A stretch of 64,000 bases of DNA from a bacterium (GTDB lineage Bacteria; Hinthialibacterota; Hinthialibacteria; Hinthialibacterales; Hinthialibacteraceae): contig JBHGBC010000002.1 in NCBI GenBank assembly GCA_041946805.1, forward strand, positions 32,001 through 96,000, given 5' to 3'. This document shows positions 41,316 through 50,662 of the stretch, one piece after another; position 1 is the first letter of the stretch, and each line of letters starts with the position of its first letter. The notes below the pieces were generated by a model, which had not been told where the DNA came from, did no database searches, and saw nothing but the letters and a program-made list of their open reading frames with translations. The position numbers and the translations under genes were made by a program.

Positions 41316-42002
41316 GTGGATCCGGGACAATTGGTCAAACGAAGCTTCGACAAGGCGGCGGAAAAGTATGATCAGGACCGCCGGAAATTGATCCCCTGTT
41401 TCGATGAGTTCTATGCCGCCATCCTCGAGCTCATCCCCTTCCCTCCTGACGCCTCCCCGCGCGTGCTCGACCTGGGCGCGGGCACGGGCATCCTCTCCGC
41501 CTTCCTCGCGGAGGCATTTCCCCAGGCGCGGATCACGGCCGCCGATTTTTCCGAAAAGATGTTGTATCAGGCCCGCCGGCGCTTTGCCGCTCAACCGGAC
41601 CGGGTGGAGTTATTACTGCTGGATTACGCGAAGGAGGATTTGCCGGGGAATTTCGACGCCATTGTCTCGGCCATGTCCATCCATCACCTGACCGAGCCGG
41701 AAAAAAGAGCCTTGTATGGGAAAATATTCGGAGCCTTGCGCACGGGGGGAATCTTCATCAACGCCGATCAGGTTTTGGGACCCACGCCCGAGATCGAGCG
41801 GCAGTATCACGCCGTCTGGTTGCGGCAAACCCGCGCAAAAGGCATCGATGAAACCAGCCTGGCGGAATGCCTGGAACGCATGAAGGAAGACAAGCAAAAT
41901 CCGCTGCTCGACCAGCTGGCCTGGCTGCGGGAAACCGGGTTCCAACCGGTGGATTGCGCGTACAAGAATTTCCGTTTCGCGGTGTTCTGGGGGAGGAAGT
42001 GA
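41316..42002 (+). CDS. Class I SAM-dependent methyltransferase
   Basis: VLDLGAGTG, FDAIVSAMSIHHL and GGIFINADQV motifs. GTG start after AGGAGG. Confidence 0.88.
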   Translation: MDPGQLVKRSFDKAAEKYDQDRRKLIPCFDEFYAAILELIPFPPDASPRVLDLGAGTGILSAFLAEAFPQARITAADFSEKMLYQARRRFAAQPDRVELLLLDYAKEDLPGNFDAIVSAMSIHHLTEPEKRALYGKIFGALRTGGIFINADQVLGPTPEIERQYHAVWLRQTRAKGIDETSLAECLERMKEDKQNPLLDQLAWLRETGFQPVDCAYKNFRFAVFWGRK

Positions 42003-42036
42003 ATGGAGAAGTGGGCGGGCCGCTGCCAATTCCCAG

Positions 42037-42070
42037 GATGAGTTACGCGCTTCGCGCTGATCCATCCTCC
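42037..42070 (+). repeat. REP-like palindrome, family B variant
   Basis: gatgagttacgcgcttcgcgctgatccatcctcc, between convergent genes. Confidence 0.65.
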
Positions 42071-42090
42071 GTTTCCTCATTGTTCCTCAA

Positions 42091-43866
42091 TCAAAACAAT
42101 GTCCATCCCGGAATCCCCGTCAAGCCGGAAACCACGGGCAGCATGACATGCGATGGATAGGCCGGGCTGGCGTGCACGCGGGTCAGGGCGGTGAGGGGCC
42201 GGCCGTTTTGTCCTAACTGCTTGTAGAGGGGATTGGGATCGAACCGGGGCGAATTGGTGTTGGCCACGATCAGGCGGATCCGGTGCCCCGTGTTGAAGAC
42301 CAGGCTGGTGCTCCAGAGGTCGATCTCATAGGGAATAACCTCGCCGGGCGTGATGGGCGTGGGATTCGAGAGCGAATCCCGAAACGAAGCGCGCAGGATG
42401 CCGTCACACACCAGCATGGAACGGCCGTCGGGATACACATCGGTCAGCCGCGCGGCCAGGTCGTTGTCCGTCAGGTTCGATTCGGCATAAATCACCGCCT
42501 CGATCCGCCCCGTCACCTCCACCGGTTCGGTCAGGGGTTCCGTGCTGAACACCAGGACATCCGGGCGCGATTCGAGAGGCCGCTGGTCCCAAGGGCCGGA
42601 ATTATCATCCAGGTTCATCCCCCCCAGCGTGGGCACGGGATTGTTGGGAACCACGGTCAACTCGCCGCTCCAGGATCCGGTGTTGGATAGAGTGGAGAGA
42701 TCCCCGCCGTCCCGCAGATATAAGCGGGTGGGGGTGGAGGCGGGCGGCCAGGAAGCGCTGGTCTTCCAAACGTTGCCCGGCGCTTGCGCCGCGCTGGTAT
42801 CGCCCATCACGTAATACTTGACCGCCGGCTGGTCCATCACCCCGTTGTTGCTGCCTTTCAACCAATAATCGAACCAGGCGATGGTGTCGGTGATTTCCGT
42901 GCTGAATTCGGAGTTCGCCGGATAAGTCAATTGCCCTTGCTGCAGATCGAATTCGTTGACATGCGTCCAGGGACCGATGATCAGTCGTTGTCTTCCCCGC
43001 GCGCCTTCCGCCCCCCGGGTTTGCCGGCCCACGAATCCGTCCAGGGTTCCCTCTTGGAAGCAATCGTAAAATCCCCCCACGAACATCGTGGGCACGTTGA
43101 TCACCTCGTGCTTGGAGGCCACGTCCAGCTGCGCCCAAAAATCGTCCCGGACCGGATGCGCTTGGAATAGGGGGATCATCTGGGGGATCTCATTGTCCGT
43201 CAGCCAACCGTCGACCAGCGATTTCCGGTAAACGCCCCCGGGATAACCGATTTGCTCGTAGCCCCGCGTGGCCGCAAAGCCGATCACCTGGCAGGTTAGA
43301 TGCGGCGGAACCGCACCCGCCGCCAGGCCGCTGAGAATGCCCAGCGCCGAATGCCCCCACATGCCCACTTTGCCGTTGTTCCACTTCTGCGCGGCGATCC
43401 ATTCAATGGTGTCGTAACCATCCTGCAACGTTCCCCACCCGTCGCTCAAGAAGATGAGCGGCTCGCCTTCCGAATCGTACCGCCCCCGCGTGTCCTGGAA
43501 GACCAGCGAGTAGCCGGTCAAAACCAGCAATTGCAACTTATCCAGTTCCGGAATGTTCTTCCGCCCGTAGGGCGTCCGCACCAGCACCGTGGGAGTCGAA
43601 CCGAACAGGGGTTTGAAGACCGTGGCGGCCAGTTGTACCCCGTCCCGCATGGGGATCTTGATTTCGCTGTCGAACAGCCCTTGCTGCCGCAGACGGCCCT
43701 TGAACTCCTCGAAGGTCATTTGGGGGTGTCGATAAGCCGGTTTTGACACCATCATGTGGCCCGGTTCCACGCCGGTCTCCGGCACGGCCCAGGACAAGCC
43801 CACGCCGGCAAACACCGCCGTCACCAACAGCGTCAATCCCACGATCCTGGACACGATTCGCTTCAT
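42091..43866 (-). CDS. Secreted CocE/NonD family alpha/beta hydrolase
   Basis: IPMRDGVQLA, RTPYG, QDTRGRYDSEG, GMWGHSALG, GGFYD, IGPWTH and RLTDVYPDG motifs; signal peptide. Confidence 0.9.
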   Translation of the reverse strand: MKRIVSRIVGLTLLVTAVFAGVGLSWAVPETGVEPGHMMVSKPAYRHPQMTFEEFKGRLRQQGLFDSEIKIPMRDGVQLAATVFKPLFGSTPTVLVRTPYGRKNIPELDKLQLLVLTGYSLVFQDTRGRYDSEGEPLIFLSDGWGTLQDGYDTIEWIAAQKWNNGKVGMWGHSALGILSGLAAGAVPPHLTCQVIGFAATRGYEQIGYPGGVYRKSLVDGWLTDNEIPQMIPLFQAHPVRDDFWAQLDVASKHEVINVPTMFVGGFYDCFQEGTLDGFVGRQTRGAEGARGRQRLIIGPWTHVNEFDLQQGQLTYPANSEFSTEITDTIAWFDYWLKGSNNGVMDQPAVKYYVMGDTSAAQAPGNVWKTSASWPPASTPTRLYLRDGGDLSTLSNTGSWSGELTVVPNNPVPTLGGMNLDDNSGPWDQRPLESRPDVLVFSTEPLTEPVEVTGRIEAVIYAESNLTDNDLAARLTDVYPDGRSMLVCDGILRASFRDSLSNPTPITPGEVIPYEIDLWSTSLVFNTGHRIRLIVANTNSPRFDPNPLYKQLGQNGRPLTALTRVHASPAYPSHVMLPVVSGLTGIPGWTLF

Positions 43867-44288
43867 GGCCGCCTCGCGCATCCTTTTCATTTGATTTTAA
43901 GATAACTCTGAGTCCAAGGTTACAGTTTTCGATATTTCAGGGTAACGATTTGCCGATACGGTACACTGATTATCCATCTCCGGTGGTGGTTATGAGAATA
44001 GCCCAGAATGTTAGGCCAGGATAAGGCGGGTCAGGACCGGTGGGGTTTGGTACGCACTTTCCGGATGACCTTTTATAATGAAGGGCAGGCGGGAGTGGAT
44101 TTTCGTCTCCAGGAAATCCTCCCGCGCCGCCCGCCCGGTCGCGGTGGGGCCGAAAATCACGCGGATTCAAAAATCCGCTTCTCAGAAAACGGAAAAACTA
44201 GTACCATGACCCGGGAACGAAGAATTACGGATACTGTAATTATCGTTCCACACTCGATCCCGGATCCAAGAACACGAGATAAACAACG

Positions 44289-45980
44289 ATGAGCCGATCC
44301 CGCAGAAAGAAACCCAGTCCTCCGGACGCGGCCTCCCAGCCGAAAGGGAGCCAGCCTGACAACCTGCCTTCCAGCGAACTCCATCGGGAGGATGCCCGGC
44401 CCGCTCCGGCCGCCAAATCCGCCTCCGCGGTGAAATCCAGGCCGCACCGGCACGGGCCGGCGCCTAAATCCGCTTCCGCCCCTAAATCCGCTCCCGCCGC
44501 GAAGCCCGGGCCTCATCCCCGGCCTATTCAGCCCGCTAAATCCGGCCCGCCGGGCAAACCGGCCTCCCCGCCGCGGCCCGTGGAACCGTCCCGGCCCCAC
44601 CATCCGCCCAAAGCCGCGCCCAAAACCGCCCGGCCCGAAGCCGCCCCGGCCGAGGCCGCCAAGCCGGAAACCAAAAGTGAGGCCGCCCGTCCGGGAGCCC
44701 GGCCCACCCACCGCATGGTTTTCGCCAATGAGGCGGGTTACTCGCTGGCGGCCATCGCCGAAAACGATCACTTGACCGATTTTTGGATCCAGGAAGAGCA
44801 ACTGTCCGACCGTGGCACGAGCGGAAACATCTACCGGGGGGTGGTCTCCAAGGTCGTTCCGGCGCTCAGCGCGGCTTTTGTGGACATCGGCCTGGAAAAA
44901 GACGGATTCCTCAGTTTTCCCGACCTGGGGCCGGAGATCCGGCGTGGCGGCCGGACGATCCACGTCGAATCGGGCCGGCGGCACAAGATCGAGGAAACCC
45001 TCAAGCCGGGCGACAACGTGCTGGTGCAGATGGCCAAGGAATCGATCGGCGACAAGGGACCCAGCCTGTCGGGCAAGATCACCCTGCCCGGCCGTTTCGT
45101 GATCCTCATGCCCTACGCCCAAGCCATCCGCATGTCGCGGATGCTGGACACCGAGGAACGCCACCGCATCCGCGACCTGGTGGAGAACGAATCGGATTTC
45201 GAGGGCGGTTTGATTTTCCGGACCGCCTCGCAGGGACGCAACATCCGGGAGATTCAGCACGACCTGAGTTACCTGACGCGCACCTGGAAACGGATCCGGG
45301 AGGATTTCGAGGACGGCACCGATTCCAAACTGCTCCACCGCGAGATCGCCCTCTTCGAACGGGTGCTGCGGGATAACTTCTCCGCCGATATTGCGGAAAT
45401 CGTGGTTGATCATCCCCGTCTCAAACACCGCATCGCGCAATTTCTCAAAATCATCGCCCCCCGCGCCAAGCCCGACGAGTTGATCAAGTTCCACACCGGC
45501 AAGGACCAGTCGGTGTGGAGCGCGCACAACCTGACGCGGGACATCGACCAGCTGTTCGGCAACTGCGTCCGCCTGAAATGCGGGGGGTACATCATCATCG
45601 AGGAGATGGAAACCCTGACCGCGATCGACGTCAATACCGGCCGCAACATCGGGGGCAAGAACCAGGAAGAGAACATCGTCGAAACCAACCTGGAGGCCGC
45701 GGTCGAGATTCCCCGCCAGCTGCGCCTGCGTCAGATCGGAGGAATCATCGTCATCGACTTCATCGACATGCGCCTGAAACGCAACCAGGACCGCGTGTTC
45801 AAGGCCATGGAACGGGAACTGGCCAAGGACCGCACGCCCTCGGATATCCAGCAATTCACCGACCTGGGGCTGATCCAGATCACCCGCCAACGGGTGGGCA
45901 AGAGCCTTACGCGGCGCCTGACCTACACCTGCGCCCACTGCAAGGGCAGTGGACGCCTGCCTTCCATCAATCTCGATTGA
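44289..45980 (+). CDS. rng: Rne/Rng family ribonuclease (RNase G-like) with low-complexity N-terminal extension
   Basis: GNIYRGVV, AAFVDIG, TAIDVNTG, QLRLRQIGGIIVIDFIDM and CAHCKGSG motifs. Confidence 0.88.
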   Translation: MSRSRRKKPSPPDAASQPKGSQPDNLPSSELHREDARPAPAAKSASAVKSRPHRHGPAPKSASAPKSAPAAKPGPHPRPIQPAKSGPPGKPASPPRPVEPSRPHHPPKAAPKTARPEAAPAEAAKPETKSEAARPGARPTHRMVFANEAGYSLAAIAENDHLTDFWIQEEQLSDRGTSGNIYRGVVSKVVPALSAAFVDIGLEKDGFLSFPDLGPEIRRGGRTIHVESGRRHKIEETLKPGDNVLVQMAKESIGDKGPSLSGKITLPGRFVILMPYAQAIRMSRMLDTEERHRIRDLVENESDFEGGLIFRTASQGRNIREIQHDLSYLTRTWKRIREDFEDGTDSKLLHREIALFERVLRDNFSADIAEIVVDHPRLKHRIAQFLKIIAPRAKPDELIKFHTGKDQSVWSAHNLTRDIDQLFGNCVRLKCGGYIIIEEMETLTAIDVNTGRNIGGKNQEENIVETNLEAAVEIPRQLRLRQIGGIIVIDFIDMRLKRNQDRVFKAMERELAKDRTPSDIQQFTDLGLIQITRQRVGKSLTRRLTYTCAHCKGSGRLPSINLD

Positions 45981-46121
45981 CCGCTCCGCTTTGGTTCTTG
46001 CCGCCTGGATGGAGGCGGGGCGGTTGAATTGCCCCATGTGGTTCGATTGGAGAACGGCCGAACGGCGTGATCCTTAGCCTGCACTGGCCAACGGCTCCGT
46101 ACCTGGATCATAGCAGGGATT

Positions 46122-46156
46122 AAAAAAACGTAGAGGCGCGGTCACGCGCCTCTACG
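46122..46156 (-). terminator. Intrinsic terminator of the 46186-46866 gene
   Basis: Perfect 12-bp stem CGTAGAGGCGCG/CGCGCCTCTACG with a 4-nt loop and T7 on the minus strand. Confidence 0.85.
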
Positions 46157-46185
46157 CGAAACAACTCCATGATCCGGCGGCCGGA

Positions 46186-46866
46186 TTATTCGTACAGTCC
46201 AAAATCACTGACGGCCGTCGAGCCTTGCACAATACTGACATCCGTAAACTTGGCTTGTTCGATGGTGCTTGTGTCGTGCGAGGTCACTTCCAGGCCGACC
46301 ACGATGGTATCCAGCATCACGATCTCTTTACTGGCGAGTTCCATGAAACCGCCCGCAGTCAGCCCCCGGGACATCGTGAACACATTACCCTCCCGTTTCA
46401 GCTGGATGGTATTGTTCAGAATGCTGAGGTCCTCGGTGCCCGAGTAAAAGGTATCTTCCTCCGAACCGGGGTTCTGCCGGTTAAAGAAATTGCTTAAATT
46501 CCCCCGGATGATCGCCGCGCAGGAATATTCGCCATCGTCGCGGCTGGGGTCGTCCGCCGTGTTACGGGCCAGGATGCCGGCTTTTTTCCATTCATCACCG
46601 GTGTCCACTCCGGTTAACCATTCCACCGTGGCAATCGCGGTGAAATCGCCGGTGATTTCTTTATAAACCCAAAAGAATCCATCCGGCACGCCCCAAATGT
46701 CATTGCCGCTGCCTTCAATCAGGTAGACTCCGTTTTCAAACGTAGCGAGACCGGCGCCTGCGTCACTGCCCACGCTGGTCTGATCGGTGAAGATCCCAAT
46801 CGGTTGCCCGAAACACACCAGACCGCTGCACAGGATTGCCATCATCATGGAAAATCTTTTCATCAC
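46186..46866 (-). CDS. Secreted beta-sandwich (concanavalin/DUF1349-like) protein
   Basis: Signal peptide; GSGNDIWG..DGFFWVYKEITGDF, WKKAGILAR, LKREGN and VGLEVTSH motifs; AGGGAG RBS. Confidence 0.75.
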   Translation of the reverse strand: MMKRFSMMMAILCSGLVCFGQPIGIFTDQTSVGSDAGAGLATFENGVYLIEGSGNDIWGVPDGFFWVYKEITGDFTAIATVEWLTGVDTGDEWKKAGILARNTADDPSRDDGEYSCAAIIRGNLSNFFNRQNPGSEEDTFYSGTEDLSILNNTIQLKREGNVFTMSRGLTAGGFMELASKEIVMLDTIVVGLEVTSHDTSTIEQAKFTDVSIVQGSTAVSDFGLYE

Positions 46867-47802
46867 GTTTCTCCCTTTCCTTTTTTAGATTGGGCCCATG
46901 GACCCTGCTGAACCAACCTCTGACTCCGTCCTCCTTCACCAAATGGAAACCATTTGATTGACATTAATCAAATCAGAAATCCTTCAGCCCGTTGCCTTCC
47001 CTTTCACCTTTTACAACCAGCAGTTCACCTTTGAAGCCGGAAATCGTTTGCCCTCGATGATGAAGCGATTCTCTCACGCGGATTGAATCCTGTCAATCAG
47101 TTTTTTATTGCGCCTGTCGTTTCATTCAGATTGAACCAGGGGCGGTCCATCCGCGCGGTTCCTTCTTCTTGCCGGCGGGAGAAGTTTTCCCGGGGCGGAA
47201 AACGAGGCGCATCGCGCTGGGGATCACAAAACGCCGAAATGCGGCCCCTTGGATCCAGATCCCCCAACAAGGGAGGAATGCTGTATTTATTTTTATAAAT
47301 TTATCGGCTTTCACTGGGAATGGAGCACATGGTAGTGACAACGCGCTTCATACCAGCGCCATTATAAGGGGGAATCCGGAAGTCCCTATCCAAAAAAACA
47401 TTTTCCTCAACACATAGGATGCGGTGGCGCGGTTGGGGCCGTTGGCCGTGTTCAAGTCCGTCGAGCGGCTCAGTTTCGGCCCGTCTGACCGTTCCCATCC
47501 CGCATGGTTTCCCATCCCATAGGACCCGGTGACAGGGGCCTGTATCAGCGCTGGATGGGCTCAAGGCGAGGCATAAGCCTCCATAATCCGGTCCGGCAGG
47601 GATCCCACCCGACGACCTAAAAATGACCGGATTGACGATAACGGGGATGTGCCGTATAGTGAGCTGGTTTTGCTCCTGTTTCGCTCCGAAACAAGACCTT
47701 CCAGGCGAACCGGATTCCATGAACCAGGTGTTTGACCGCCGGCTCAATCCATCCTTGATAAACACCCATTTCCGTCCGGAAATGGGAGAGAGGCGTCTCG
47801 TG

Positions 47803-50232
47803 ATGATTGGAAATCTCCAACCTTCCTTCACCCGCATTTGTGTGATCACGGTGGTTGCTCTTTCCGCCCTTCTCCTCGGGATTAATCCCGGATGGACGCA
47901 AACGCAAAACGTCGCGGCCGTAACCCAATCCTCGGAGGAACAGAATGCCACTCCCACGCCTCCCGCGGCGGCGGTTCCCTCCGCGAAAGCTACGCAGATC
48001 TCGGTGCCACCCGCGGGACGGTTTCCTATTTCCGGTATCCGGCCGGAGATGGTGGTGCCGTTGGGAGAACGCTTCAACCTCTCCGATATCGAACTGAAAA
48101 ACATCGAAGCCAAGGAACTTGAACTCAAGGACATGTTCGATGAGCGGAAGCGGATTTTGAGCATCAAGGAGAGGGAAAGGGTATTCGGGATCGGATTTTT
48201 CAGTATCGCCAATGTCACCAATTTGCACTCGATCATCCATTCCCGCCCCATCACCGATGAGTACCGGCTCGGCCGGGGAGACGAGCTGATCATCCGGATC
48301 ACGGGGATGCGCCAGGAGACGCTGACCCCGAAAATCGACGAGCGGGGCAGCATTCCCTTGCCTTCTTCCTCTCCCTTCATCCAGGGGAAAACCATAATCG
48401 AGGCCCGGCAAGTCATCCGCGACAATCTGCTGCAAATCTACAAAAACATCAACGTGGATACGGAAATCTCCAAACTGGGGCAGTTCGGCGTGTACGTGGT
48501 GGGCGAGGTGAAAAACCAAGGGATTTACAGCGTGGCCGGGAACTTCACCATCATGGACCTGATGTATCTCTGCGGCGGGCCCACGGTGAATGGCACCTTC
48601 CGGAACATCACCCTGGCCCGGGTGCAAATGGGCGCCAAGGAAAACGAGGTCCGGGAAGAGAGCTACGTCATTGACTTGTACAAAATGATGATCGACGGAG
48701 ACATGACCCAAAACTTCTATCTCCGCCCCGGAGATGTGGTCATCGTTCCCCCGGTGGGCAAGACGTTCGGGGTGTACGGGGAGGTGAAACGCCCGGCCCG
48801 GTACGAGTATTCCGAAGAGATGACTATCGAACAGGCCTTGGGCTACGCCGGCGGATTCACCCCCAAGGCGCAGCATGAGCGGCTGAACGTGCAGCGGCTG
48901 GGGAAAAACAACCAGATCACCCTCATGCGCGTGGATTACACCGACGCCGCCCAGCGGGAGCAACCCGTGCAGGATGGAGACCTCATCCTGGTGTTCCCCC
49001 GCAGCCCCATCGTGGGGGAATCCATTTCCATCATCGGCAATGTCGTGTTGCCGGGCGATTACGCCCTGGTTCCGGGGATGAAGCTGAGCGATCTGCTGAG
49101 CAAGGCCGGCGGAGTCTTGCCGGGCACCTACAAGAGCAACGTGGAGATCTTGCGCTTCGTCTCGGATGTGCGGCGCAAGGTGATCAGCGTCTCTTTGGGG
49201 GACGATTTCCTGCCGGACAAGGACAACGACATTCCCTTGGCCGAATGGGACATCGTGAAGATCTTCAAGGAGGACGACATCCTCGAACGGCCGGTGGTGG
49301 CTATCGCCGGCGAGGCCGTCAATCCGGGCTATTACGCCATGCGCGACAACATGCGGGTCAGCAACCTGATCTCGGCGGCCAGCGGCGTCACCCACCGGGC
49401 GTATTTAGACTCGGCCGAACTGATCCGCACCGACACGAGCGGCCAGGTGCGCGTGCTCCCCGTGAACCTCCAAGACATTCTCCGGAATCCCAACAGCCAG
49501 GAAAACGTGTTGTTGCAGAACCTGGACGTGCTGCGGATCCATTCGCTGCCGGATAAAATGGCCGGCATCACCGTCCAGGTCGAGGGCCGCGTGAAGGTGC
49601 CCGGCGCGTATTTTCTGCCCCAAAACGCCACCGTGAATGAGGTCATCGCCCGGGCCGGCGGATACCGGGAGGACGCCTTCGAGCCGGGAATCATCCTAAC
49701 CCGCCAGTCGCTGATGGAAACCGAGGACACGTTCCGCCGCTCCCTGCAGGAAGAACAGGAAACGGAGTTGCTCCGCCTGCAGGCGGCCTTGTCGGAAAGC
49801 GCGGTGGTGGACGACCAGCAAAAGATGATCTTGCGGGCGCAGGAATTCCGGAAGCGGATCCTGGCCATCCTGGCGAACAAGATCGTGCAAGGACGGGTGA
49901 TTTTCGACAACGGCCGGGATGATCCGGTCCTCAAGGACGGCGACCGCGTGGTGGTCCCCTCCAAGCCCGAGACGGTGATGGTGTTGGGCGCGGTGTACAA
50001 TTCCGGCTCGCTGATCTATCAGTCCGGAGCCTCGCTGCAGGATTATTTGAACAAGGTGGGGGGCCTGACGCCGTTCGCCGACGAATCGCAGATTCACATC
50101 TTCCGTCCCAACGGCATGGTGTCGCGGACGGGAAACGGCAGCCTGGAAATCGGCCTGGGCGATATCATCGTGGTCCCGCCCAAGTTGGAAGTGTTTTCCC
50201 AGGCCCAGCCGCCGGACGCATCGAAGAATTGA
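47803..50232 (+). CDS. Polysaccharide export protein with multiple SLBB repeats (Wza/KpsD-like)
   Basis: YRLGRGDEL Poly_export motif, then repeated V.GEV..PG.Y...AGG...L..GD units. ORF is open from 47623; start is uncertain. Confidence 0.85.
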   Translation: MIGNLQPSFTRICVITVVALSALLLGINPGWTQTQNVAAVTQSSEEQNATPTPPAAAVPSAKATQISVPPAGRFPISGIRPEMVVPLGERFNLSDIELKNIEAKELELKDMFDERKRILSIKERERVFGIGFFSIANVTNLHSIIHSRPITDEYRLGRGDELIIRITGMRQETLTPKIDERGSIPLPSSSPFIQGKTIIEARQVIRDNLLQIYKNINVDTEISKLGQFGVYVVGEVKNQGIYSVAGNFTIMDLMYLCGGPTVNGTFRNITLARVQMGAKENEVREESYVIDLYKMMIDGDMTQNFYLRPGDVVIVPPVGKTFGVYGEVKRPARYEYSEEMTIEQALGYAGGFTPKAQHERLNVQRLGKNNQITLMRVDYTDAAQREQPVQDGDLILVFPRSPIVGESISIIGNVVLPGDYALVPGMKLSDLLSKAGGVLPGTYKSNVEILRFVSDVRRKVISVSLGDDFLPDKDNDIPLAEWDIVKIFKEDDILERPVVAIAGEAVNPGYYAMRDNMRVSNLISAASGVTHRAYLDSAELIRTDTSGQVRVLPVNLQDILRNPNSQENVLLQNLDVLRIHSLPDKMAGITVQVEGRVKVPGAYFLPQNATVNEVIARAGGYREDAFEPGIILTRQSLMETEDTFRRSLQEEQETELLRLQAALSESAVVDDQQKMILRAQEFRKRILAILANKIVQGRVIFDNGRDDPVLKDGDRVVVPSKPETVMVLGAVYNSGSLIYQSGASLQDYLNKVGGLTPFADESQIHIFRPNGMVSRTGNGSLEIGLGDIIVVPPKLEVFSQAQPPDASKN

Positions 50233-50282
50233 GGCATCGGCGCGCCCAATGGACAGGGTGTTCCGTGGACGTCCTCCAAGGA

Positions 50283-50627
50283 TGTCATCCCCGTTCGACT
50301 ATGTGTCATCCCCGTTTCTCGGGTTGTCATCCCCACGCAAGCGGGGATCCAGGATATTTTCCTGAAGAACGGTTTCAGGGATGGGTGGGCTACGCTTCGC
50401 TTGGAGCCCACCCTATATTCCCTGTGCAACGCGCCCACTGTCTTCATGTATCACAGCGCAACCCTCCCCTCTTCCCCTGGGAGAGGGCCAGGGTGAGGGA
50501 ATTCTGTAGGGTGGGTGGATTGAAGCGAAATCCCCCATCCGGATCTGATTCAGACAAAAACCTGCCCTTTTCTCTCTCAGGAGCCCCGGAGGGGCATTCC
50601 TATTTTAGCCAGGGGTAAAACCCCTGG
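50283..50627. repeat. Dense cluster of different REP-like families between convergent genes
   Basis: TGTCATCCCC x3 ending in ccccacgcaagcggggatcca; REP B variants at 50384-50416 and 50506-50540; reverse REP A at 50467-50499; gccccggaggggc...ccaggggtaaaacccctgg at 50583-50627. Confidence 0.8.
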
Positions 50628-50662
50628 AACATTGAAATATCTTGACATCCGATCAGGCGGGA

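Noticed and set aside
46870..47800. Possible small gene or ncRNA in the long divergent intergenic region
   Set aside because: The short ORFs lack an RBS or motif support, and no tRNA, riboswitch or known RNA signature was recognised.
50283..50352. TGTCATCCCC repeats as a possible CRISPR array
   Set aside because: Only three ~10-bp units about 20 bp apart, with no spacer-length gaps and no cas genes in the window.
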